From NCBI GenBank assembly GCA_003427395.1, contig BFEA01000029.1, positions 1,757,567 through 1,820,849 on the forward strand: 63,283 bases of DNA. Direction: 5' to 3'. The DNA is from Chara braunii. Lineage: Eukaryota; Plantae; Charophyceae. Under the pieces are notes generated by a model. The model saw nothing but the letters and a program-made list of their open reading frames with translations. It had not been told where the DNA came from and made no database searches. Positions 25,096 through 36,728 of this stretch are shown here, piece by piece (the first letter of the stretch is position 1; every line of letters starts with the position of its first letter). The position numbers and the translations under genes were made by a program.

Positions 25096-26961
25096 AATGA
25101 CCCAGTCAAGCTGCACATAATACTGCCTTCCTCCCAACCTTCCCCCAGATGCAACCCATCTCATTCATAGTCTGTTTTCAGGCAATCAACAAACCTGAAA
25201 CTGAGATTGCACACACACTCCTTTACTTCAGTCTGACTTAAGTCCTGACGGTCAAACCAAAATTAGAGTACAGGAGTCACGCAGTACACTCAGTCAAACC
25301 ATAGAAAGATGTACAGGTAGGGGTTATAGTTGGGTTTATAGAGGGAGTCAAGGGATTACCACTCAGTTCCCTGCCTCCAGGACTCTGCTTGAGTCCCGGC
25401 AGAGCTCCCGCAATCGGTGGGGCAACCTCCCACAAAGGCCTTGGCGCGGATTACGGGCTACATGCTCGCCTGCCGCCTTCCTCCCAGAACCAAGGACCAG
25501 ACTTTAGAGTAAGAAGGGCAGGATAAGAGGGGTAAGACTCTCAGACTCAGGGAAGAACCACTCAGACTCGCTTGAGAGGGTCTTCAATCCTTCCGCGCCT
25601 GAGGGCCCCGCAATGGCAGCCTAGTGACAACCGCTTGATCCAACACCAGTCACGATACTGACGTCAACCTTCCCCTTCTAATCATGCCCAAGTACAATCA
25701 CTGCCTTGTGTAAAAACCGTACCCCGGCCTCGCTCACAACCCCCAAGCTGCCCCGAGCCTTACCCCCTTTCTTGCTGCCTCACACACTGCGGTCACTAGA
25801 ACAGGCAGCCCACCAGTCGACCAAGCAAGCCTCCAACCCCACAACTAGCTTCACGTTACTCCCATTGGCAGGTTGCGCAAGCCGAAATGAATACTTAGCC
25901 AGACCGCAGAAAGACACTCCTTAGTAATCCAACCTCCCTCTCGATACAGTTGTGCCGTGCCTTCACAAGCTAGAGTGAACCTTCCGCTACCCCACGGAGG
26001 AATGCACCGTTCTGCAGTCGTGCGCACAGAAATGGCAGGAAGGCGCCGGTTCCGTCAATAGGATGGGAAGCACATCGGCCTAGTGGTGAGTCTCCAACCT
26101 CGCGGCTCACTCCTCCCCGCCACTGTCTTCGTTCGGAGGGGCGTCACACTGGCCGAAAGGTAAGCCGCTCACCCCTCAATTCGCTCCTGGTTACTTGTTC
26201 AACAGAATGAGGAAAATTACGTGAATCTTCCGCTAGAACACGGAGAGATACAGATTCGACGATTTCCTTCCTTCAGGCGCAGCTCTTAACACCCATACTG
26301 CCTAATCTAAGCCCCAACCCACGAATCCTATTCCCTCATTAGTCTCCCTCGCCCTCAAAGCCTTTAGAATGCCCTTCCCCTTTTCCGATTTCATCAAAGA
26401 TCGGGTGAGTATCGTGTTGCATGCTTCCCCCCATCCCCGTTTCTCAACACCTCCGCGCAGCCTATAAGTTACACTGCGCAAAAAACTACTACTCTGCTGC
26501 TAATTCGGGCCACCCCAATGGATTCGCCCTGACCCAAACATCAGATTAGCTTTTGCCCCTCCGCCCGAGTTCACAGAGAATCGAGTAGTAATCTCGATTT
26601 CTCCTCCCTTCTTCCTTAGCTTCCACCATAGCCTGGCGCACCATCTTTCTCTATTGACTCCATATCCGCTAACCTACCGCCCGAACTACCCTCACTAGTA
26701 AACTCGCCATGGCCGAACTGCTAGGAACGAGCCCTTATTCGCCCATTTCCGTCGAGGAACGGGCGTAAAACCGTCTTCCCTCCGGCCATAGCTCGCCGCT
26801 CCTTCTTCGCTGCGCCCCTTCCTATCTCGCACGCACCCCACGCTAGATCGCGTCCCGGTTCACCTCCTTCACAATGGTGCCCGCCACTCCGTTCTTCGTT
26901 TTTCAACCGGCCCCGCTGCCCGTCGGTCCGTCCAGAAGCACGTAACAAGAGGTGAGCGAGC

Positions 26962-27074
26962 AAAAAATCCCGAGCACTCGGGTCTCCGCTTGACTTATGC
27001 GTGTCAGCTTCGCGTCGAGGCCACGCTGAACTTCTCTGTATCGTTCCAATTTCGACAGATGTCCCAAAGGACAC
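26962..27074 (-). ncRNA. U6 snRNA-like unit A (best preserved; intact ACAGAGA, ends in T6)
   Basis: Minus strand reads GTGTCCTTTGGGACATCTGTCGAAATTGGAACGATACAGAGAAGTTCAGCGTGGCCTCGACGCGAAGCTGACACGCATAAGTC...TTTTTT, collinear with U6. Confidence 0.88.
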
Positions 27075-27164
27075 GGGCCGGGGCAGCACCTTCCTCAGCA
27101 CTCCTAACCCTACACGGCTGAGACCCCGCCCCTTTTTAACACAGGAACCCACCCTCCTTCTTGG

Positions 27165-27248
27165 GGATCGTGCACTTCGACTTTACCCTGGGCCAAGCTG
27201 ACCTTCTCCGTATCGGCCCGAATCCCCCACAGGTGCCCCAATACGATC
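27165..27248 (-). ncRNA. U6-like unit B (ACGGAGA)
   Basis: CGATACGGAGAAGGTCAGCTTGGCCCAGGGTAAAG. Confidence 0.65.
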
Positions 27249-27312
27249 CTTCGTGGCCATACCCCCACCCACTTCGCTATTCTTGCACGGACCTGGCCCT
27301 TCCTTCGGGCTT

Positions 27313-27365
27313 CATGCATGCGAACCTTGCACAGGGCCGTGCAAGTCTTCCCCGTCTCCTCTTTG
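27313..27365 (-). ncRNA. U6-like unit C, partial (ACGGGGA)
   Basis: GAGACGGGGAAGACTTGCACGGCCCTGTGCAAGGTTCGCATGCAT. Confidence 0.6.
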
Positions 27366-27410
27366 CGGGCCCCCCTGGCCACGTCTCGCGCTCGTGTTCA
27401 TCCCCGGGCT

Positions 27411-27491
27411 TCGCAAGCACTCCCTTTGCACGGCTGGCCAAGCAGATCCTCCTTGTATCGTACCGATTTCAACAGATATTCCGAAGGACCC
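27411..27491 (-). ncRNA. U6-like unit D (ACAAGGA)
   Basis: GGGTCCTTCGGAATATCTGTTGAAATCGGTACGATACAAGGAGGATCTGCTTGGCCAGCCGTGCAAAGG. Confidence 0.75.
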
Positions 27492-27559
27492 CACTTACAA
27501 TGGCCCTCCACGCCCCTTTCCCTTAACCTGTTTTTCGTCCGGGTTCATTCCCGGACTTT

Positions 27560-27640
27560 CCCCCGTTACCCTACATAGCAGCCAGACAGTTATTCCCGAT
27601 ATCACTTCAATCTCCACGGATGACTTCCGGATTTCCGCAC
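27560..27640 (-). ncRNA. U6-like unit G, highly diverged (ATCGGGA)
   Basis: ATCCGTGGAGATTGAAGTGATATCGGGAATAACTGTCTGGCTGCTATGTAGGG aligns without gaps to the U6 core. Confidence 0.45.
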
Positions 27641-27690
27641 GGCCACAGCCCCATTCTACCCCGACGCACGCACCTGACCCCTCCGTTGGG

Positions 27691-27773
27691 GTCCATACGC
27701 GTCAAACTTGCGCCGGGGCCAAGCGAACCTCCTGTGCACCGTTCCAATTTTTAACAGATGTCCCGAAGGACTC
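27691..27773 (-). ncRNA. U6-like unit E
   Basis: GAGTCCTTCGGGACATCTGTTAAAAATTGGAACGGTGCACAGGAGGTTCGCTTGGCCCCGGCGCAAGTTTGACGCGTATGG. Confidence 0.8.
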
Positions 27774-27825
27774 GCGCGGCTGCAGCCTCGCCCTGCTTTG
27801 GCATGCGAACCCGGGCCCTTTTTTG

Positions 27826-27909
27826 GGATCTATACGTATCGTCCTTACGCAGGGGCCATGCTACTCTTCCCCATATCATTTTGAATCTAGCGAGTATCCC
27901 GTAGGACTC
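27826..27909 (-). ncRNA. U6-like unit F (ATGGGGA; near-canonical internal stem-loop)
   Basis: GAGTCCTACGGGATAC...GATATGGGGAAGAGTAGCATGGCCCCTGCGTAAGGACGATACGTATAGATC. Confidence 0.8.
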
Positions 27910-29057
27910 GCGCTGCGCGACACTCGTCTGAGCGGCTAGCGGTCTCATGGCCCCCTGTCCTTAGTCCGTTTTCTCGTCCGGGTTCGTTCCCGGCCCCCCC
28001 CCCTTCCGCGGTTGCTGCGTCAGCAAGTCCGACCAGCCAAGAGAAAAAAAATCTAAGAACAAAGATCTCCCGTGGGCTCTTTCAAAATTCTCTCGTTCCA
28101 CCACCCTGTTGCTCCCCCAGAACTTATTCACCCCTCCCTTCTACCCCTAACCCTAGGATCGTAAACAGGGGATGAGGTAAAACAAGGTGGACTTAGACAT
28201 TAGCCCCCGGGGCTGCTTAGCGAAGGGGGTCGCCAAATGGCTACAGGCCGCGGGCATCCCCAAGGCCCCCCTTGCCCCGCGGCCGGGCCCGTGACCGAAC
28301 TGCCTCAGCAAAACAAAAGGGGGATAGTCCTACGGGACCCTCGACCCCTCGGCTTCTCCGCTCCATAGCTCCCGTGCCTCCGTCTGCCGGTCTCGAACCT
28401 CGTACCTCTGCCAAAACAATCCAGTGTCGTAACCGATAGGGTTAAGCCCAAGCCTGTGACCAGCAGGCGCGGCTTCCCACATAAGGCGGTCTCACTCGGC
28501 GTCTCCGGGCCAGGGTACCGCCTCGGCCACTCCTTTGGCCCCCACCTACATTCGCGGTCCCTTGGCGTCTGCGCCACCCTGCCAGCCTGGGCCTGGGCCA
28601 TCCCATGCACCTACTGGCGTGTCAACCCTACCGCTGGACCACGCGCTCCGATCAAAAACAGACTTTTACCCCCAATCCAAGCTCGCAACATGGTCTGGGC
28701 CGGTCGGCTAGACCGACCGCCTATCTCAACCAGAAAAAATCACACGCGTGCCTCAAAATTTGCGCGCCCACATACTCCATACCGGGACAAGGCAGACCTT
28801 GGCCCGCACGCGGACGATCCTCACATTTTTCCCGTACGAGCACCCAAAAGCCAGGCTAACCGAGCCTTTCTGTCACTTGCAAAAAACAGGGCGGATACCC
28901 TTGTAAGGGTATTCGCGCCGACAGCGCAGGAGACAAGCGGAACATTTCTGCAAGCACCCCTTGGTGTAGCCTCTGTCGTGCCTTTTACCATGACGAAACA
29001 GATGAGTGCTGCCTGGTAAAGGCTGAGGTAGAGCATGATCCATTCAATGAGGAATTG

Positions 29058-29111
<54 letters not shown>

Positions 29112-30360
29112 AACAACCCTTCTCAAGATTCGCTCCGTTAGAAGAATGTCCTTCATTGATTGCATTTTGTAGGTTCTTCCCTCCAGGAGATAAGTGAAAC
29201 AAAAATCGAAACTGGAATCAAAAGAGCGGAAGAGAAAATGAAAGAATGATGAACTAATCAAACAGTCACAAATTATGAAGCAGCGGAGGAAAAGGAAATA
29301 AAACCGGAAGGTATCAACCAGGACCATGGGGAAGATCGAAAATGAGGAAGAAGAGGATCTGGAAGAAGAGGAGGAATAGGAAAATATAGAATCTACTCCG
29401 GATCTGGCTGAAAAGGCAGCAAGAGTATTGGCGAGAGAGAAAAAGAATGGAAAGGGAAAAAACGATCACAAAAATGGGTACCAAAGAGTAAAGGGGGCAG
29501 ACACAGGTCGGAGGGCGAAGGGATGGAAAGTGGGAAGAGTACAGGAATAGGAAAGATGGAAGGAGCCCATGGCTTGATAAAAGCGGGTCCCGTAATGACC
29601 TTGGCAAGTTGGCCGTTCTAGAATACCAAAATATTTCAAAATTTTTTGTCCCCCTAATTCTTGCCAATTGCAAAGGAGTAACGGTGATGTCTAACCTACT
29701 TGCGGATGGGACGATGAAACTTCCTACAGTAGACGTCGACGCAACCTTAATGATTGAATATAAGATAATTGCTTAAAACATAGGATTCATGAAACCCCCC
29801 CCAAAAAAAATGTTGGGTTTGAACTAAATTTATTTAGGATTTTGAGAGTACAATTTTTAGGTCTTCTACAGGAGCAAGATTCTTTGCAAAGTAAAAAAAA
29901 ATAAAAATAAAAAAAATAGAAAAATATTTTTGAGACCCACTGAAAGTGGCGAGGAAAAAAAAATAAAAATTCACAGTAAATAATTACTAGCCGGAGCATC
30001 GTATATTTATTAATTAAAATATCCATGTTTTCTTTGAATCTTAAAAGATCATGTATATAGTCCTATAAGTTGTGTATTACGATGAACATGTTCGAGGGTT
30101 TGGCGAACATGCGAACATGTTATCTTGTTTACTTATAGTACTTAATACGTTCCCATAACATATTCTCCCATCTGTGGGTAAACTTTCTTTTTTTTAAATG
30201 TTATTTTTATTTTTTTTCTTTTGTTTTTTTTTATTTTTAACTTGCGTTTGACTAAGAATTTGAAGATGTCCCCAAGATAAAAGTTGTTTGGGTTATCATT
30301 TTACATAACATATTTTTTTGACAAAGATTTTACTGTTAACTTCAAAATTGCTTTGTAGAG

Positions 30361-30443
30361 CTAGGTTGTTGGGTCGGATGTCCGGGATGTCCGACCGGAC
30401 GTCTGGTCGGACGTCCGACTGGACAGGGGTTGTCCGGCCTAGC

Positions 30444-30484
<41 letters not shown>

Positions 30485-30717
30485 CAGAAAAATCTGAAAA
30501 CACTTCATGTTATGTAACATAACAATACAAGCAACTTTTGCCTTAGAGTCATGTTCAAATTCGCAGTCAATCATGAGTTAAAAATCGAAAACCAAAACAA
30601 AAATATATTTTTTTTTACGGAAAAAAAAAAACTTTTTTTCCTGGACGACGGGGGTACCGGACGTATGGGGGAGACGTCCGGGGGAGACGACCGGCCCTCG
30701 GACCATTGGTAACCTAG
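30361..30717. mobile_element. hAT-type MITE
   Basis: TIR CTAGGTT / AACCTAG; perfect 8-bp TSD TTGTAGAG at 30353-30360 and 30718-30725. Shares the internal CAACTTTTGCC..GAGTCAT motif with the MITE at 7069-7834. Confidence 0.85.
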
Positions 30718-32992
30718 TTGTAGAGTCTATAAATGTACTATATGCCAGAATTAACAAAAACTGTTTTTTTACAACTTTCGAGTTTGTTTTACTGGAGCTC
30801 TGCTTTTCTGCAAGTCAATTGACAATGAGTTATATTCCTATAACATGATATTTGCAAGAAAGAGTTTTCCTTCACATCTTGAGGATCGCTTAACTGTTTG
30901 CTTGATTTTTTGCCTTGTCTTTCGGAAAGTGCTCGAAAATGTGTTTTTTTTTTTAATCAGACATAAAAGTTTGACTTTTACTTTTTCACTATATACAAAA
31001 TGTTGGGTTTGGTGGTTTTGTTGGGTTTTTACGAATCCTGTTCTTTAAGTAAAAAAAACAGGTTCCCGCCTGTTTAAACCTTCGAATGATCCCCTCCCGT
31101 CGAGTATGAGTTGACTTGACCCAAAGCATTAATGGTTATAAAGTTAGACTCTATTATGTTTTCCTATATGCCATAATGACCAATAAGATTAAGCAACAAC
31201 TAACACAACTCGATAAAGGGTGGTTCTCACCGATGTGCGTGAATTCAACAATGAACGAGGGGCTGGACAATATAATCTTTAAGAGTTGTTTTTTTACTCG
31301 AACGAAAGCAAAATGGCTATTCCACTCAAGTCAGAGGCAAGTCTTGTTCGATAGATACTTTGTGGATACCCTGCGGTTGTCATGGGATGAGGCAGGTGCC
31401 AAAGATGTTGAAGGAATTAAAAGAAGGAAGAAGGGGGAACTGGAGACCGAGGGAGATAGTCAAATCCTAGGCAAACTTAGTCAGACAATTAGTTATGCCT
31501 CTTAGAGGCACGCTATGCATTGGATTGTGTGAAACAGACTAGAAACAAAGGAGAAACAAATTGAAATCATTCCTTCACACGAATAAGGTCCAAGTCCTAC
31601 GTATCCAGGAATCCAAGGTAGATGAATATCGAATGCGAAATGATACGAAATTGTGGGACGAGCCTCAACATTGGGCTTCTGCACGCGGGGCAACTTATAA
31701 TCAGGGAACACGAGGAAGGGTGGCATAAAGAGCTAAAAATCTTCATCCTTGATTAATTGATAAACACATGGGGTCAATGGATATGAATACAATTCACCTT
31801 GAAAAACATCATCTGGACTGTAATGTCAATTTATACACCTTCTGACTATAATGAAAGAATCTCCTTTCTTTTAGAACTGCCGAGTTGTTTACTTGACTTT
31901 AAAAATTTAGTTATTGATGCAGACTGGAACGTGGTCATGAAACACCGCGTTATACATGGCATGAGTCCCAGACCCCCCCCCGTACGTAGACGTTTAGATT
32001 TTTTCTGATGAGGGGGGAGACATGGAATATGTGCACTCAGGTTGAAACCTCTATCTTATCACTCTCCGATCATAATTCGGGAACAACAACTTTCAAAATT
32101 GCAGACAAGGAGAAGTTTGGTAAATCATACTTCAAACTAAATACTGTTCATCTGGAGGGTCCCGAAGTGGTTTGGTGGATTCAACGACATTTTGAACAAT
32201 GAGAAGAAGCAAAATATTTGTTTAAAAAGGAAACCGATTGGACTGAAGTAAGCATGCGTATTCAACAGGGATCGTTAAATGTCATCTCTCAATTGAAAGT
32301 TAGAAGTAGAAATCAACTAGAAAGAAAACTATTGAGAAATGTAGCCCAGGTCGAGCAATCCTTTGGTAATTACCCGATCTCATATATTTATTGGTCCACC
32401 AAAAGGAAAAGAACTCTGCTGAAATTGGAGTTGGAGAGCAAACAACAACTTGAAGAACAATGACAGACATGGTTGGCACAAAGAAATATCGCAGTAGGTG
32501 ACAAAATGGAAAAAGAAACCTTTCGCAGACTAATACTTTATAACCCAGAATGCCAATGAAAGAATTGACACATCCCTTCGCACTTAATTCAATAGTCTAA
32601 GATGATCTTGAAAAAATGTGTGGATTCGCAAGCTTATATTTTCAAGAGGCACTCGCTCTGGGACTAGCTCATTATTTACCAACACTTGAATGGGGAACCT
32701 TCATTATTTTACCAACACTTGAACGGGGATTATTTCCGCGGAGAGACGAGATGTAACAATTCTACTCTTGGATATGGAAAAGGCATACGATAAGTTGGGT
32801 GGGCCTTTGTAATGACAACGCTAAGACATAAGAGATTTTGAGAAAAGTTTTGCAAATGGGTTGTGATAATGTATTCCATTGCAACAACATCAGTCATGGT
32901 GAATGAGCAGATTTTTCAAGATTTTTGTTTGACTAGGTCACTTCGTTAGGGTTGTCCCCTAGCTCCCCTCCTACTTGTCGTCCATCTAGAGG

Positions 32993-33283
32993 TTGTGTAA
33001 CACCCCGTACAGATACGAGGCATCCGTACGGCCCATACGGCTTTACGTACGGGCCCGCAGGCGGCTGTACGGGTTGTACGTACTGCTCTATGAGTCGTTT
33101 CGGCAACCCTCCCGGCAACTTTCTGACACATGAGGGGGTAGGGGGGGGGGGGGGGGGGCTGGGGTTTCGGGAAAAAAAAAAATTGATTGATTGATTGATT
33201 GATTTTTTTTTTATTGATTGATTGATTGATTGATTGCTCGATTGATTGATTAGGGGTGGTTGGTTGGGTGACGTGTTTCACAA
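32993..33283. mobile_element. hAT-type MITE inserted in LINE-D RT
   Basis: TIR TTGTGTAACAC / GTGTTTCACAA; 8-bp TSD TCTAGAGG; internal (GATT)n repeats. Confidence 0.82.
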
Positions 33284-35732
33284 TCTAGAGGTGCTATTGG
33301 ATAACATACGTCATAATGATAATATTGAGGGACTGAGCCAAACCATCAAGAATAAAAAGGAAGTGCCCTGACCGATGACCTGACCTTAGTATGTAAAAAT
33401 ACCAAAGTTAATTCAGTAAATCTCAGAAAAATACTTAATCTATATTGTGAGTTATCCGAAACCTCTATTAATTGGAGTACATCAATGTATTTTCTCCTTG
33501 ACGAGTTCCAGTTGAAAGTGAACTTGGAATTAAAGGCGGTACATGCAAATTCATCGGAATGGTTTCTGGGAATTCAAGTATCTCTGACTAACAATGAGAT
33601 GTTTCAAAACCATAATATTTTGGAAGAAAAACTCGTGAACAGGTTGTCAAGCTGGAAGTACACAAGATACTTGTCTTTGATGGACTGAGCTTTTGTGATC
33701 TCTTCGACAAGATTCTCGGTCATATGGTTTACCTTTGTAGTGCATCTTTGGATGATACAGCTTATAAGAACCCTAAGAAGGCAGCGACTAAGTTAATGTT
33801 AAAACCAGAAGTAGGTGAAGAAGAAGGGTTTATGACTAAGGTCGCATGGGAGTCAGTCACCTTTCCACGATTTGAATGGGGTCTGGGCCTAGTGGACCCA
33901 CAATGTCAGAACCTGACCCAATTACGAAGTGGCCTGTTAAAGCACTTTTGGAAGAGGGCAGGCCGCCATGGCTAACAATGACCCTTTACATTTTGGCCTA
34001 AGAGTGGTCGTTGAGTTGTGAGGGAGATGTACTACCATGCATGTTAATTAAGTCATATACCAATAAGAGACTAAAGTCAGTGTTTTGAAGAAACATTATG
34101 CATGCATGACACTAGTTATTTCCCATGAGAGATTGCACCATAATATGAAAGACTCGATGCTAAATTAAATTTTGTTTGAAAATCCGTGAATATTATATTT
34201 GGATGGATAGGAATTATCGGCTCATAATTCAACAAGTCATTTTGGTAAATCATGGATTCATGGGTAGAAAAAGGAGTGGTGAGAGGAACGACATGTGGAA
34301 TAAGGAAACCAAATTATTGAGAAGAGAACAACAAATTATAATTAGTCTGGGCAAGCTGAGAAAAATAGGGAGGAGACTGCAAACACTGATAGACGGTATT
34401 CCTTGGTCGCAGAAACAAATTTTAATAGACAATAGAATTTCAGATACTGGATTATGGTGCCGTAATTTTACGGATGGAACGAATGTTATTTACGAAGTTA
34501 AAGATGAGCTTAGGACTAAGGACTATGATGCGAAAAAGTGGGATGTGCAAGATACTTTTTGGTACTCCAAGGAATTGTCCTCTTTCACAATTGGAGGCAA
34601 TCCGCTTTGGAAGGTCTGTTGGAGATAACAACTAAACTTAAATTTAAATAAGAAAGACGCAGTTGGAGCGCAAGCTAATTTACACTGTTGTTCTTCCTAT
34701 GAGAGTTCATATAGTAAAGGCAATTGCAGTAGACTTTCGAGCTTTAGGTTGACTCCTAGGCCATCAAACTATCCTATTAGATGAATACAAGTCGAAGGTG
34801 GAAACAAGTCTACCGTGACTGAGATCCAAAGGAAAAAAACAGCCAAACCAGTCTATTATTAAATGAAGGCAGAAGCATGACTTGTTGACCATGTCTACGT
34901 TTCAATTACATTCAATATGCCAGCAACTTCGTAGACTGCCCTGACAGAAGAGAACCAATTTGCTCTGGCTTCATAGCTTCTGAACATCATCATCGGCAGT
35001 GAATCGGGTCCAAAGGGGAATGTATATCTCATAGACATGTGTACGCTGCAAATGGATTTGAAAAAACGACTGTCATCTATGGTTACAATAGAAAAATTAT
35101 CGCCGTTTTTTTTTTGTGTTTATCACGGGTCCTTGACCTCTGTCATCTGTTAATAAACTGTTTATAATCTGTTTTTCATGGCACATGCACCGTGGTCAAC
35201 TGGAAGTCAAGGAAACCAACGTTTGCGAATTATGTCGTGCACATGAAGTGACAGGACAAACAGTTGAACAAAGTGTTGGTAAACAGTTTGTAATCTGTTT
35301 ATAATGTGTTGAACTGCGTAGGGCACGTTGAACTGTGTGTTGGTAAATAGTTGTTAAACAACTGAACACAAGACTTCATGTTGGATATCAAATTCGATTT
35401 GTGATGGAAATGGGATGGAAATAAGATGAAAATGTGATGAATTGTATTGAAAATGTGATGGTGCTGTGTTTGGAATGAATGTGTCTGCCTGTTGATGGGA
35501 TGACCATTCGTCTCGACGCATGCATGCGTCGATCGGAGCAATGTGGAGCATTCGATTGAGGACTCGCGTGACTCGATCATTGTTGATAAAACGTGGTGTT
35601 TGTTGGGGATCTTCATTTTGCACCATGAATGAGAAAAGAATACGATCTTTTATGAGACTATGTTGACGCCTTAATTGGTGAACCTTCGTGCAATCGGACA
35701 ATGCACTTTTACGACTGAGCCCTCCCGTCCCC

Positions 35733-36670
35733 NNNNNNNNNNNNNNNNNNNNNNNNNNNNNNNNNNNNNNNNNNNNNNNNNNNNNNNNNNNNNNNNNNNN
35801 NNNNNNNNNNNNNNNNNNNNNNNNNNNNNNNNNNNNNNNNNNNNNNNNNNNNNNNNNNNNNNNNNNNNNNNNNNNNNNNNNNNNNNNNNNNNNNNNNNNN
35901 NNNNNNNNNNNNNNNNNNNNNNNNNNNNNNNNNNNNNNNNNNNNNNNNNNNNNNNNNNNNNNNNNNNNNNNNNNNNNNNNNNNNNNNNNNNNNNNNNNNN
36001 NNNNNNNNNNNNNNNNNNNNNNNNNNNNNNNNNNNNNNNNNNNNNNNNNNNNNNNNNNNNNNNNNNNNNNNNNNNNNNNNNNNNNNNNNNNNNNNNNNNN
36101 NNNNNNNNNNNNNNNNNNNNNNNNNNNNNNNNNNNNNNNNNNNNNNNNNNNNNNNNNNNNNNNNNNNNNNNNNNNNNNNNNNNNNNNNNNNNNNNNNNNN
36201 NNNNNNNNNNNNNNNNNNNNNNNNNNNNNNNNNNNNNNNNNNNNNNNNNNNNNNNNNNNNNNNNNNNNNNNNNNNNNNNNNNNNNNNNNNNNNNNNNNNN
36301 NNNNNNNNNNNNNNNNNNNNNNNNNNNNNNNNNNNNNNNNNNNNNNNNNNNNNNNNNNNNNNNNNNNNNNNNNNNNNNNNNNNNNNNNNNNNNNNNNNNN
36401 NNNNNNNNNNNNNNNNNNNNNNNNNNNNNNNNNNNNNNNNNNNNNNNNNNNNNNNNNNNNNNNNNNNNNNNNNNNNNNNNNNNNNNNNNNNNNNNNNNNN
36501 NNNNNNNNNNNNNNNNNNNNNNNNNNNNNNNNNNNNNNNNNNNNNNNNNNNNNNNNNNNNNNNNNNNNNNNNNNNNNNNNNNNNNNNNNNNNNNNNNNNN
36601 NNNNNNNNNNNNNNNNNNNNNNNNNNNNNNNNNNNNNNNNNNNNNNNNNNNNNNNNNNNNNNNNNNNNNN
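35733..36670. other. Assembly gap (N run); further large gaps at 48291-48590 and 58260-58760
   Basis: Runs of N, mostly adjacent to microsatellites. Confidence 0.99.

Positions 36671-36728
<58 letters not shown>

Larger units (their letters stand above)
20753..28945. mobile_element. ~8.2 kb non-coding insertion of unknown class, flanked by ~200-bp direct repeats of LINE-D ORF1
   Basis: 20552-20752 and 28946-29181 are diverged direct copies. The interior has no recognisable protein ORF but carries structured arrays. Confidence 0.65.
19300..35095 (+). mobile_element. LINE-D: old degenerate relative of LINE-B carrying several insertions
   Basis: 5' region resembles 4080-4190. ORF1 remnant (YENAWYDSDL..KRGRYQSEGENL) at 19690-20752 resumes at 28946. 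Endonuclease and RT remnants at 31750-35095 (ADWN, RRLDFF, SDH, EKAYD, GCPLAPLL, CVRC). Confidence 0.8.

Noticed and set aside
26075-26150. tRNA A-box-like GGCCTAGTGG
   Set aside because: No convincing B-box or cloverleaf could be built by eye.
26721-27939. ORFs of 143-228 aa over the U6-like array
   Set aside because: GC-rich incidental frames with no protein motifs; the region is better explained as RNA-like.
20753-28945. Hammerhead ribozyme, Penelope-like or Dada transposon identity for the insertion
   Set aside because: I found no CTGATGA...GAAA core with suitable stems by eye, no transposase or RT, and the U6-like units are not split by an insertion as Dada targets would be.
35120-35370. 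Left terminus of the Plavaka-like element (CACGGG at 35124 followed by short AACTGTT/AACAGTT repeats)
   Set aside because: Plausible, because LINE-D homology ends here, but the matching end is not in the window, so TIR and TSD cannot be verified.
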